A stretch of DNA of 64,000 nucleotides from Eledone cirrhosa (lineage: Eukaryota), in NCBI GenBank assembly GCA_964016885.1, contig OZ024745.1, positions 21,018,001 to 21,082,000 on the forward strand, in the 5' to 3' direction. Of this stretch, positions 1 through 12,700 are shown piece by piece (the first letter of the stretch is position 1; every line of letters starts with the position of its first letter). The position numbers and the translations under genes were made by a program. The notes under the pieces were generated by a model. That model ran no database searches. It had not been told where the DNA came from and worked only from the letters and a program-made list of their open reading frames with translations.

Positions 1-371
1 GCTGTTTCTAGTTGTCGATAACCCTATTCACGCCACTGGGACGAAGCTAGTATGATGTGTGTATTTCTAGTAAATACAACACGTGCTGGCCAGTCGCTGA
101 TTTGAACTTGAAGTGTAAACACGGATTGCTGGAACTTCTTCCTTGTTGAAAATCCAAGTCTCCACGTCCGTGGTTTACCATCCGATTAATTGGTGAAATA
201 TATTTCTTTAATGGAATATATACAGGGAAGATTAATCATATTATAAGGTATCTATTTTTGAAGTTCTGGTCAACTTTATTTAGTTACCTATCTAGCTATG
301 TGTGGTTACACACTTGTAAACATTATCTCCTGTCATTATTCATGTTTCTTTCTATGTTAATCAATTTCTAG

Positions 372-406
<35 letters not shown>

Positions 407-547
407 AAAAAGAATGACCCCGACAGCTGAGCTCCAGCCGTTTCGACGGCTACTTCTGGACTCTTTTTCCTATTTCCCACTCTACTACCCTAAGTATTGA
501 GTACTCTGGTGCGTTATGGTCCATCTGGTTCCTTACCACAATTCATT

Positions 548-609
<62 letters not shown>

Positions 610-660
610 TCATATTAGATATAAACGTATGTATGTATAGATATATGTATGAATGTATCT

Positions 661-2550
661 AGGTGGGTAGTAGATAGGTAGGTAGGTAGATAGGTAGGTA
701 GGTGGGTAGGTAGATAGGTAGGTAGGTGGGTAGGTAGGGTGGTTGGTTTAGGGTGGGTAGTAGATAGGTGGGTGGGTGGGTGGGTAGGTAGGTAGGTAGG
801 TAGGGTGGTTGGTTGGGTAGGTGGGTGGGTAGGTAGGTGGGTAGGTAGATAGGTAGGTAGGTGGGTAGGTAGATAGGTAGGTAGGTAGGTAGGTGGGTAG
901 GTGGGTAGGTAGGTAGTTGGATAGGTAGGTGGGTAGGTAGGTAGGTAGATAGGTAGGTAGGTAAATAGGTAGGTGGGTAGGTAGATAGGTAGGTAGGTGG
1001 GTAGGTAGATAGGTAGGTAGGTAGGTAAGTAGGTGGGTAGGTAGGTAGGTAGTTGGATAGGTAGGTGGGTAGGTAGTAGGTGGGTAGGTAAGTGGGTAGG
1101 TAGGTATGTGGGTAGGTAGTTGGGTAGGTAGGTAGGTAGGTAGGTAGGTAGGTAGGTAGGTAGGCAGAGAGGTGGGTAGGTAGGTGGGTAGGTAGGTAGG
1201 TAGGTAGGTAGGTATGTTAGTAGGTAGGTAGGTAGGTAGGTAGGCAGGTAGGTAGGTAGGCAGGTAGGTTGGTAGGTAGGTAGGTAGGTAGGTAGGTAGG
1301 TAGGCAGGTAGGTGTATAGGTAGGTAGGTAGGTAGTTGGGTGGGTAGGTAGGTAGGCAGAGAGGTGGGTAGGTAGGTGGGTAGGTAGGTAGGTAGGTAGA
1401 TAGGCAGGTAGGTAGGTAGACAGGTAGGTAGGTAGGTAGGTAGGTGGGTAGGTAGGTAGGTAGGTAGGTAGGTTGGTAGGTAGGTAGGTAGGCTGGTAGG
1501 TAGGTAGGTAGGTAGGTAGGCTGGTAGGTAGGTAGGTAGGCAGGTAGGTAGGTTGGTAGGTAGGTAGGTAGGCTGGTAGGTAGGTAGTTAGGTAGGTAGG
1601 TAGGTAGGTAGGTAGGCAGGTAGGTAGGTAGGCAGGTAGGTTGGTAGGTAGGTAGGTAGGTAGGTAGGTAGGTAGGTAGGTAGGTAGGCTGGTAGGTGGG
1701 TAGCTAGGTAGGTAGATAGGCAGGTAGGTGGGTAGGTAGGTGGGTAGGTGGTTAGGTAGGTAGGCAGGTAGGTAGGAAGGTAGGTAGGTAGGCAGGTAGG
1801 TTGGTAGGTAGGTAGGTAGGCTGGTAGGTAGGTAGGTAGGTAGGTAGGTAGGTAGGCTGGTAGGTAGGTAGGCAGGTAGGTAGGTTGGTAGGTAGGTAGG
1901 TAGGCTGGTAGGTAGGTAGTTAGGTAGGTAGGTAGGTAGGTAGGTAGGCAGGTAGGTAGGTAGGCAGGTAGGTTGGTAGGTAGGTAGGTAGGTAGGTAGG
2001 TAGGTAGGTAGGTGTATAGGTAGGTAGGTAGGTAGGTAGGTAGTTGGGTGGGTAGGTAGGTAGGCAGAGAGGTGGGTAGGTAGGTAGGTAGGTAGATAGG
2101 CAGGTAGGTAGGTAGGTAGACAGGTAGGTAGGTAGGTAGGTGGGTAGGTAGGTAGGTAGGTAGGTAGGTAGGTAGGTAGGCAGGTAGGTGTATAGGTAGG
2201 TAGGTGGTTAGGTAGGTAGGTAGTTGGGTGGGTAGGTAGGTAGGCAGAGAGGTGGGTAGGTAGGTGGGTAGGTATGTAGGTAGGTAGGTAGGTAGGTAGG
2301 TAGGTAGGTAGGTAGGTAGATAGGCAGGTAGGTATGTAGGTAGACAGGTAGGTAGGTAGGTAGGTGGGTAGGTAGGTAGGTAGGTAGGTAGGTAGGTAGG
2401 TAGGTAGGTAGGTTGGTAGGTAGGTAGGTAGGTAGATAGGCAGGTAGGTTGGTAGGTAGGTAGGTAGGCTGGTAGTTAGGCAGGTAGGTAGGTAGGTAGG
2501 TAGGTAGGTAGGTAGGTAGGTAGGTAGGTAGGTAGGTAGGTAGGCAGGTA
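661..2550. repeat. (GGTA)n / (TAGG)n tetranucleotide satellite, ~1.9 kb, with internal block duplications
   Basis: Continuous taggtaggtagg with recurring variants such as ggcagagaggtggg at ~1163, ~1354, ~2063 and ~2243. ORF 2208..2675 (TYLP repeats) is its translation. Confidence 0.97.
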
Positions 2551-2964
2551 GATATGAGTGTCTGTATGCACGTTTCCTTATTTCTCGTTCCTTGCTGAAA
2601 TTTACAATTAATTTTGCAGATCTGACATTTTGACCAGTAACTGTTGGTTCCTATCACAATTCTAATTACAAACACACAGGTGTAGAAGCATACGATACAC
2701 TCGTATACAGTCCTTTCATCTCTACCTATACACTTACATACTTTCTACACTCATCATTAATCTAGGACGCCATATGGTGTGACACATTCACCTTGTTGTT
2801 TCGGTCACAAACCCGGGCACGGTCACATGTACAGGGCCAGACTTTCCCCTCCTGAGACTCTAAGCCCTAAGGTATATGTAATCTGAGGCCCCCCCCTCTA
2901 AAACAATAGGGGCCCAAAATTAAAAAAATATTATACATGATAATTATTTTTTATATTAATGATA

Positions 2965-3110
2965 ATGGTTTCTTATATAGGCACAAGGTCAGCAATTTGG
3001 AGTGAGGGGAAAGTCGATTAAATCGGCCCCAGGGCGTGACTGGTACTTTATTTTATCGACCCCGTAAGGATGAAAGGCAAAGTTAACCTCGGCGGGATTT
3101 GAACTCAGAT
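2965..3110 (-). mobile_element. tRNA-derived SINE, 5'-truncated (Meta-domain-like; resembles Octopus OK-type SINE)
   Basis: The reverse strand reads B-box-like gagttcaaatccc, then gcctttcatccttacggggtcgataaaataaagtaccag. The same family occurs more than 10 times in this window. Confidence 0.85.
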
Positions 3111-3213
3111 AGTATCATAATTTTAAAGAATAAATAATATATATATATGTGTGTGGGGTGGGGTGGTGGTGTATGTGTGTGTGGGATGGGTGGGGGCGGG
3201 TGGGGGTGTACAA

Positions 3214-3462
3214 TAATAAAAACAGAAATCAGGTGTAGGTAGATAGTTAGCTCTTTGTTTTACGATTATTTTCAGAGTGTCGATTGATCGAAACACTCTG
3301 AGGAGGACGGCCGATTGAACAGAGATTTCGAGACTCGAAATAGGTAGTAACTCAATCACAAACATGCTAGTCGATACATCGATCTCCATCGATCAATCGA
3401 CCCTCTGAAACGATCGTAAAACAATGAGCTATCTATCTACACCTGACTTCTGCTTTTATTGT
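3214..3462. mobile_element. Imperfect inverted-repeat element (MITE-like or fold-back), ~75-bp arms
   Basis: 3214-3291 (aataaaaacagaaatcaggtgtaggtagatag...gtcgattgatcga) is the approximate reverse complement of 3389-3462. Confidence 0.6.
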
Positions 3463-3557
3463 TCTATGCACAAACACATATATGTAAATGACTCTGTAAC
3501 CCTGACGGATTTTCTTGTAGTCTGTGGTAGGGGGTGATCACCTACCACAGACTAAAT

Positions 3558-3762
3558 GAATTTCGTCTACCACCCCAAATAAAAAAAATGACACAACGTT
3601 CAAACCTCTCGTAATGCGGTCATCCACCCGGATTTCGGCTACCACTCGAAATAAAAAATATTGCATTTAAACCTCTCCAACACGGACGTTTTCTAGCACC
3701 CCAGATCAAGAAATACAACGTTCATACCTATCCAAACGTGGTCACCCTCACGGATTTCGTTT
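3558..3762. repeat. Diverged minisatellite, about three units of 60-70 bp
   Basis: Recurring gatttcg-ctaccac-aaat-caacgttcaaacctctc motifs. Confidence 0.5.
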
Positions 3763-4239
3763 AACACATTGCACTCACTAGGCTTCCAGGTAAATATTTA
3801 TTATATTACACACATATTTGAGGTAGGTGTATTGATATCATTTATATAATCTTAAAAGGGAGGTATTTGATAAATTTCTTTAGTATTTTGGAGGTGAATT
3901 TACGTTTTTCCTACGATTATTTCCCAAAACGACAGAATTACCCAACTGAATGAGAAATGTTTTTTGTTAATCTGTACGTAGATATCTGGCATTAACAACG
4001 AATCCAAGAGCTATTGATTCCAGAGTCGGGTCCGATCGATATATATCGAACCTTGAGCTATGTTACACCTGAATAAACTTAATGATGATACGCTGATACC
4101 TCGTTCCTATTTATTATTAATATCACACTCGACTTATGAATGTCATCGACCATAGTATAACACCAAATGTTATAACACCACATATTGTACTTAAACAGAA
4201 ACACCAAGTGCTCAAGCTGGTGAACCAACAGTTACATAA

Positions 4240-4275
<36 letters not shown>

Positions 4276-4286
4276 CGCGCGCGCGC

Positions 4287-4317
<31 letters not shown>

Positions 4318-4901
4318 TGTGTGTGTGTGTTTAATACGCATTGTCTTGGTTACATTTTGTTTGGGAAATATTTACTGAGGTATTATTGTATTCCAGCGCC
4401 AAAAAATCTTTTAAAATTTAGTTGAGCTGGCTTACAAACTAATGATGAATTATTTTTAGCATTCTTGGAGACTTGTGCATTTGCCAGACAATACGATCGA
4501 CATTTTGAGTATTAATCAAGATGTGTGACGTCAGTATTTGCTCTCAACTACCTTAGCCATTCTAATAGTAATTTCTCGACGCACAGACAGGACATACCAC
4601 TTCACAATATCTCGCTATAATAGTTATATCTGCTGATGACGCTTTGCAGAACTGGCATGCGCAGATACATAATGCCAGCTCTGTGATTGTCAAATTGCAA
4701 ATTGCATTTGTCTGTGCAGTCTGCACTAGCAGAAATCTCGAGGTCTGGGACAGCCACGTGCGACCGTCCAATTACAAATATATATTTTTCGCACCCTGAA
4801 ACAAGTTCACTCGTTTGTATGTTGAAACCATACATCATTGAGTGAGTAACGTGAGCGATTAGGATCATAGCGAATATATTTTATATAACCTCGTTACATT
4901 T

Positions 4902-4942
<41 letters not shown>

Positions 4943-4949
<7 letters not shown>

Positions 4950-5133
4950 TAACAGATTAAAGTTTAAGCAAAGAATCGCTGCTTTCACCCTTAACGGGAT
5001 CTTCTGAAACTAAAAAATCCAATCTATGAACGCAGAAGTAAATATTTCGAAAAACGTTGCTCTAGGGTTCTTATATATTTGATATATATTTATCCTTATC
5101 GAGCCCTCTTTGGATTTTAGTCTTCAAATTTAT
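4943..5133 (-). mobile_element. PLE pseudo-LTR-like remnant with degenerate hammerhead core
   Basis: Shares attaaaataacagattaaa and ggttcttatatatttgatatatatttatcc...gagccctctttggattttagtcttcaaattt with 54680-54806. The minus strand at 4976-5006 reads CAGAAGA-T-CCC-gttaa-GGG-T-GAAAG. Flanked by (TA)n. Confidence 0.5.
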
Positions 5134-5559
5134 ATATATATATATATATACCAACACAGGAGCAAGAATGAGGGGCTCATGAGGGGCTCATGAGGGGCTC
5201 ATTCTGCTTAAAAGAGGCTGTTTGCATAATTGCAAACGAATCGAATATTATTATTAATATTTGAAAAATTCAGATTACATATATATATATATATTTAATT
5301 ATTTTTATATATACATATATATATATATTAGAAAACGATTTTCTTTTTTTTAATAAAAAAACGAAATTTAACCGAGTCTTTTTAAGAATATTTATTTATT
5401 TCTCGCATCGTCGAGAGAAACCACACTTCACTACTTTTGAAAAGCATAAGAACTTTGAAACCGGCAAAGGAAATAAAGAAATATTCTTAAAATGATTCCA
5501 GTTGCATTTTCGATTTCTTTTCCTTATATATATGTATAATATCACACACACACACACAC

Positions 5560-5614
<55 letters not shown>

Positions 5615-5717
5615 GCAAGCAGCGATACATAGGTATTCCGTCTGTTACAGAAACATATGTCAATACCTAATAAATTCCTTTTTAAAAGAAGCACTTTCAT
5701 TTTATATTCATCCTTTC

Positions 5718-5756
<39 letters not shown>

Positions 5757-5905
5757 GTAATTATACACACTCATATATATATATATATATCTATATGTAT
5801 ATATACATATGTACTTATACACACTCAAACATATATGTGTGAATATATATATGAATGCAGACACACATATACACACACAAATATATATATGTATATATAT
5901 CTATA

Positions 5906-5962
<57 letters not shown>

Positions 5963-6180
5963 TCAAAGTCACAGCGTGCAACCAGGAATCGATATATGTG
6001 ACCTTGAGCAAGGTACTTTACTCGATGTTGCTAAAAATGTATTGTCCCTGTGATTCAAAAGGCCAACTATGTCACTCACCGAGGGCTGGGTTTCGTGGGC
6101 ACGCTTATGTGTAATGCTTAGTTACGGCACGCGAATTTCGCGGGCAGGCTGGAAAATTCGTTGTTGAAACTAAGGGGGTT
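5963..6180 (+). mobile_element. Old diverged CORE-like SINE fragment
   Basis: tgtgaccttgagcaaggtacttt resembles the CORE domain. Downstream similarity to the SINEs at 35370 and 50350. Confidence 0.45.
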
Positions 6181-6485
6181 GAACACACACACACGCAAAT
6201 ATATATATATATACGTGTGTGTGCGTGTGTATGTATATATATATATGTGTATGTGCGTGTCTGTGTGTATGTGTAACAATAAATCTCTCTCTTTCTAGTT
6301 GTTTGTCTCTATCTCTCTATATATCTATATGCATATAGATATATGTGGAGTGTGTATGTATGTCTGTGTGTGTGAATATGTTTCTTTATGTGTATTTCTG
6401 TCTCTGTCTTTCAGTGTATCGGTAACAAAATGTCTCTGTTCTTACTCTCTGCTCTTATGTTTCGCTGTATTATTATTATATTTGT

Positions 6486-6742
6486 GATAAAGTACCAGTA
6501 ATGCACTGGGTGATTGCTGGCATTGTGCCAAAAGTAGAAACAATTATTATATTTGTGATTGGCCGCATCGGTAGAGAGACAGACGCCATGCTTTGCAGCA
6601 TAGAGTTACGTCCCTTTACGATCTGAGTCAAATCCCGCCGAGGTTAACTTTGCCTTTCATCCATACGGGGTCGATAAAATAAAGTACCAGTAATACACTG
6701 AGATAATTGCTGGCCTTGTGCCAAATGTAGAAACAATTATTG
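6486..6742 (+). mobile_element. Meta-domain-like SINE (3' fragment followed by a near full copy)
   Basis: gattggccgcatcggtagag...gagtcaaatcccgccgaggttaactttgcctttcatccatacggggtcgataaaataaagtaccag...gtagaaacaattatt. Confidence 0.85.
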
Positions 6743-6749
6743 TATTTGT

Positions 6750-9700
6750 ATGTGTAATGTATGTGTGATGTATATGTGATGTATGTGTAATGTGTGTGTA
6801 ATGTATGTGTGATGTATGTGTGATGTATGTGTGATGTATGTGTAATGTGTGTGTAATGTATGTGTGATGTATGTGTGATGTATGTGTAATGTATGTGTGA
6901 TGTATGTGTGATGTATATGTGATGTATATGTGATGTATGTGTGATGTATGTGTGATGTATGTGTGATGTATATGTGATGTATATGTGATGTATGTGTGAT
7001 GTATATGTGATGTATATGTGATGTATGTGTGATGTATGTGTGATGTATATCTGATGTATATGTGATGTATGTGTGATGTATATGTGATGTATATGTGATG
7101 TATGTGTGATGTATGTGTGATGTATGTGTGATGTATATGTGATGTATATGTGATGTATGTGTGATGTATGTGTGATGTATATGTGATGTATGTGTGATGT
7201 ATATGTGATGTATGTGTGATGTATATGTGATATATATGTGATGTATGTGTGATGTATGTGTGATGTATGTGTGATGTATGTGTGATGTATATGTGATGTA
7301 TGTGTGATGTATATGTGATGTATGTGTGACGTATATGTGATGTATCTGTGATGTATATGTGATGTATGTGTGACGTATATGGGATGTATGTGTGATGTAT
7401 GTGTGATGTATGTGTGATGTATATGTGATGTATGTGTGATGTATATGTGATGTATGTGTGATGTATATGTGATGTATATGTGATGTATGTGTGATGTATG
7501 TGTGATGTATGTGTGATGTATGTGTGATGTATGTGTGATGTATATGTGATGTATGTGTGATGTATATGTGATGTATCTGTGATGTATATGTGATGTATCT
7601 GTGATGTATATGTGATGTATGTGTGACGTATATGGGTTGTATGTGTGATGTATGTGTGATGTATGTGTGATGTATGTGTGATGTATGTGTGATGTATATG
7701 TGATGTATCTGTGATGTATGTGTGATGTATATGTGATGTATGTGTGATGTATATGTGATGTATGTGTGATGTATGTGTGATGTATGTGTGATGTATGTGT
7801 GATGTATATGTGATGTATGTGTGATGTATATGTGATGTATGTGTGATGTATGTGTGATGTATATGTGATGTATGTGTGATGTATATGTGATGTATCTGTG
7901 ATGTATATGTGATGTATGTGTGACGTATATGGGATGTATGTGTGATGTATGTGTGATGTATGTGTGATGTATGTGTGATGTATATGTGATGTATGTGTGA
8001 TGTATGTGTGATGTATGTGTGATGTATGTGTGATGTATGTGTGATGTATATGTGATGTATATGTGATGTATATGTGATGTATGGGTGATGTATATGTGAT
8101 GTATATGTGATGTATGTGTGATGTATGTGTGATGTATATGTGATGTATATGTGATGTATGTGTGATGTATGTGTGATGTATATGTGATGTATATGTGATG
8201 TATGTGTGATGTATATGTGATGTATGTGTGATGTATCTGTGATGTATGTGTGATGTATGTGTGATGTATATGTGATGTATATGTGATGTATATGTGATGT
8301 ATGTGTGATGTATGTGTGATGTATATGTGATGTATATGTGATGTATATGTGATGTATGTGTGATGTATATGTGATGTATATGTGATGTATATCTGATGTA
8401 TATGTGATGTATGTGTGATGTATATGTGATGTATATGTGATGTATGTGTGATGTATATGTGATGTATATGTGATGTATGTGTGATGTATGTGTGATGTAT
8501 ATGTGATGTATATGTGATGTATGTGTGATGTATGTGTGATGTATATGTGATGTATATGTGATGTATATGTGATGTATGTGTGATGTATATGTGATGTATA
8601 TGTGATGTATATGTGATGTATGTGTGATGTATGTGTGATGTATATGTGATGTATATGTGATGTATGTGTGATGTATATGTGATGTATGTGTGATGTATAT
8701 GTGATGTATGTGTGATGTATATGTGATGTATATGTGATGTATATGTGATGTATCTGTGATGTATATGTGATGTTTATGTGATGTATGTGTGATGTATGTG
8801 TGATGTATATGTGATGTATATGTGATGTATGTGGGATGTATGTGTGATGTATATGTGATGTATGTGTGATGTATATGGGATGTATATGTGATGTATATGT
8901 GATGTATATGTGATGTATGTGTGATGTATATGTGATGTATGTGTGATGTATGTGTGATGTATATGTGATGTATGTGTGATGTATGTGTGATGTATCTGTG
9001 ATGTATGTGTGATGTATATGTGATGTATGTGTGATGTATGTGTAATGTATGTGTGATGTATGTGTGATGTATGTGTGATGTATGTGTGATGTATATGTGA
9101 TGTATGTGTGATGTATGTGTGATGTATATGTGATGTATGTGTGATGTATATGGGATGTATATGTGATGTATGTGTGATGTATATGTGATGTATATGTGAT
9201 GTATATGTGATGTATGTGTGATGTATGAGTGATGTATATGTGATGTATGTGTGATGTATATGTGATGTATGTGTGATGTATATGTGATGTATGTGTGATG
9301 TATATGTGATGTATGTGTGATGTATATGTGATGTATGTGTGATGTATGTGTGATGTATATGTGATGTATGTGTGATGTATATGTGATGTATGTGTGATGT
9401 ATATGTGATGTATCTGTGATGTATATGTGATGTATGTGTGACGTATATGGGATGTATGTGTGATGTATGTGTGATGTATGTGTGATGTATATGTGATGTA
9501 TGTGTGATGTATATGTGATGTATGTGTGATGTATATGTGATGTATATGTGATGTATGTGTGATGTATGTGTGATGTATGTGTGATGTATGTGTGATGTAT
9601 GTGTGATGTATATGTGATGTATGTGTGATGTATATGTGATGTATGTGTGATGTATATGTGATGTATCTGTGATGTATATGTGATGTATGTGTGACGTATA

Positions 9701-12700
9701 TGGGATGTATGTGTGATGTATGTGTGATGTATGTGTGATGTATGTGTGATGTATGTGTGATGTATATGTGATGTATCTGTGATGTATGTGTGATGTATAT
9801 GTGATGTATGTGTGATGTATATGTGATGTATGTGTGATGTATGTGTGATGTATGTGTGATGTATGTGTGATGTATATGTGATGTATGTGTGATGTATATG
9901 TGATGTATGTGTGATGTATGTGTGATGTATATGTGATGTATATGTGATGTATATGTGATGTATATGTGATGTATGTGTGATGTATATGTGATGTATGTGT
10001 GATGTATATGTGATGTATATGTGATGTATATGTGATGTATGTGTGACGTATATGGGATGTATGTGTGATGTATGTGTGATGTATGTGTGATGTATGTGTG
10101 ATGTATATGTGATGTATGTGTGATGTATGTGTGATGTATGTGTGATGTATGTGTGATGTATGTGTGATGTATGTGTGATGTATATGTGATGTATATGTGA
10201 TGTATGTGTGATGTATGGGTGATGTATATGTGATGTATATGTGATGTATGTGTGATGTATGTGTGATGTATATGTGATGTATATGTGATGTATATGTGAT
10301 GTATGTGTGATGTATGTGTGATGTATATGTGATGCATATGTGATGTATGTGTGATGTATATGTGATGTATGTGTGATGTATATGTGATGTATGTGTGATG
10401 TATGTGTGATGTATATGTGATGTATATGTGATGTATATGTGATGTATGTGTGATGTATGGGTGATGTATATGTGATGTATATGTGATGTATATGTGATGT
10501 ATGTGTGATGTATATGTGATGTATATGTGATGTATATGTGATGTATATGTGATGTATGTGTGATGTATATGTGATGTATATGTGATGTATGTGTGATGTA
10601 TATGTGATGTATATGTGATGTATGTGTGATGTATGTGTGATGTATATGTGATGCATATGTGATGTATGTGTGATGTATGTGTGATGTATATGTGATATAT
10701 ATGTGATGTATATGTGATGTATGTGGGATGTATATGTGATGTATATGTGATGTATATGTGATGTATGTGTGATGTATGTGTGATGTATATGTGATGTATA
10801 TGTATGTATCTGTATGTGTGATGTGTGATGTATATGTGATATATATGTGTGATGTATCTGTGATGTATGTGTGATGTATCTGTGATGTATGTGTGATGTA
10901 TATGTGATGTATATGTGATGTATATGTGATGTATGTGTGATGTATGAGTGATGTATATGTGATGTATGTGTGATGTATATGTGATGTATGTGTGATGTAT
11001 ATGTGATGTATGTGTGATGTATATGTGATGTATGTGTGATGTATATGTGATGTATGTGTGATGTATCTGTGATGTATGTGTGATGTATGTGTGATGTATG
11101 TGTGATGTATCTGTGATGTATGTGTGATGTATATGTGATGTATGTGTGATGTATGTGTAATGTATGTGTGATGTATGTGTGATGTATGTGTGATGTATGT
11201 GTGATGTATATGTGATGTATGTGTGATGTATATGTGATGTATATGTGATGTATATGTGATGTATATGTGATGTATGTGTGATGTATGTGTGATGTATATG
11301 TGATGTATATGTGATGTATGTGTGATGTATGTGTGATGTAGATGTGATGTATGTGTGATGTATGTGTGATGTATGTGTGATGTATGTGTGATGTATGTGT
11401 GATGTATATGTGATGTATGTGTGATGTATATGTGATGTATATGTGATGTATATGTGATGTATGTGTGATGGATATGTGATGTCTGTGTGATGTATGTGTG
11501 ATGTATATGTGATGTATGTGTGATGTATGTGTGATGTATATGTGATGTATGTGTGATGTATGTGTGATGTATATGTGATGTATGTGTGATGTATGTGTGA
11601 TGTTTATGTGATGTATGTGTGATGTATGTGTGATGTATATGTGATGTATGTGTGATGTATGTGTAATGTATGTGTGATGTATGTGTGATGTATGTGTGAT
11701 GTATGTGTGATGTATATGTGATGTATGTGTGATGTATATGTGATGTATATGTGATGTATATGTGATGTATATGTGATGTATGTGTGATGTATGTGTGATG
11801 TATATGTGATGTATATGTGATGTATGTGTGATGTATGTGTGATGTATATGTGATGTATGTGTGATGTATGTGTGATGTATGTGTGATGTATGTGTGATGT
11901 ATGTGTGATGTATATGTGATGTATGTGTGATGTATATGTGATGTATATGTGATGTATATGTGATGTATGTGTGATGGATATGTGATGTCTGTGTGATGTA
12001 TGTGTGATGTATATGTGATGTATGTGTGATGTATGTGTGATGTATATGTGATGTATGTGTGATGTATGTGTGATGTATATGTGATGTATGTGTGATGTAT
12101 GTGTGATGTTTATGTGATGTATGTGTGATGTATGTGTGATGTATATGTGATGTATGTGTGATGTATGTGTGATGTATGTGTGATGTATGTGTGATGTATG
12201 TGTGATGTATATGTGATGTATATGTGATGTATGTGTGATGTATGTGTGATGTATATGTGATGTATGTGTAATGTATGTGTGATGTATGTGTGATGTATGT
12301 GTGATGTATGTGTGATGTATATGTGATGTATGTGTGATGTATATGTGAAGTATATGTGATGTATGTATGATGTATGTGTGATGTATATGTGATGTATGTG
12401 TGATGTATGTGTGATGTATGTGTGATGTATGTGTGATGTATATGTGATGTATGTGTGATGTATGTGTGATGTATGTGTGATGTATATGTGATGTATGTGT
12501 GATGTATATGTGATGTATATGTGATGTATATGTGATGTATATGTGATGTATATGTGATGTATGTGTGATGTATGTGTGATGTATATGTGATGTATATGTG
12601 ATGTATATGTGATCTATGTGTGATGTATATGAGATGTATGTGTGATGTATATGTGATGTATATGTGATGTATGTGTGATGTATATGTGATGTATGTGTGA

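Noticed and set aside
1-200. Possible host exon (short open frames on the minus strand)
   Set aside because: No recognisable domain or convincing splice pair.
661-2550. Telomeric repeat
   Set aside because: The unit is TAGG, not TTAGGG or TTAGG, and the array is interstitial.
4627-4667. CTGATGA flanked by tatctg/cagata, resembling a hammerhead
   Set aside because: GAAC replaces GAAA and there is no NUH triplet before stem I. Likely chance.
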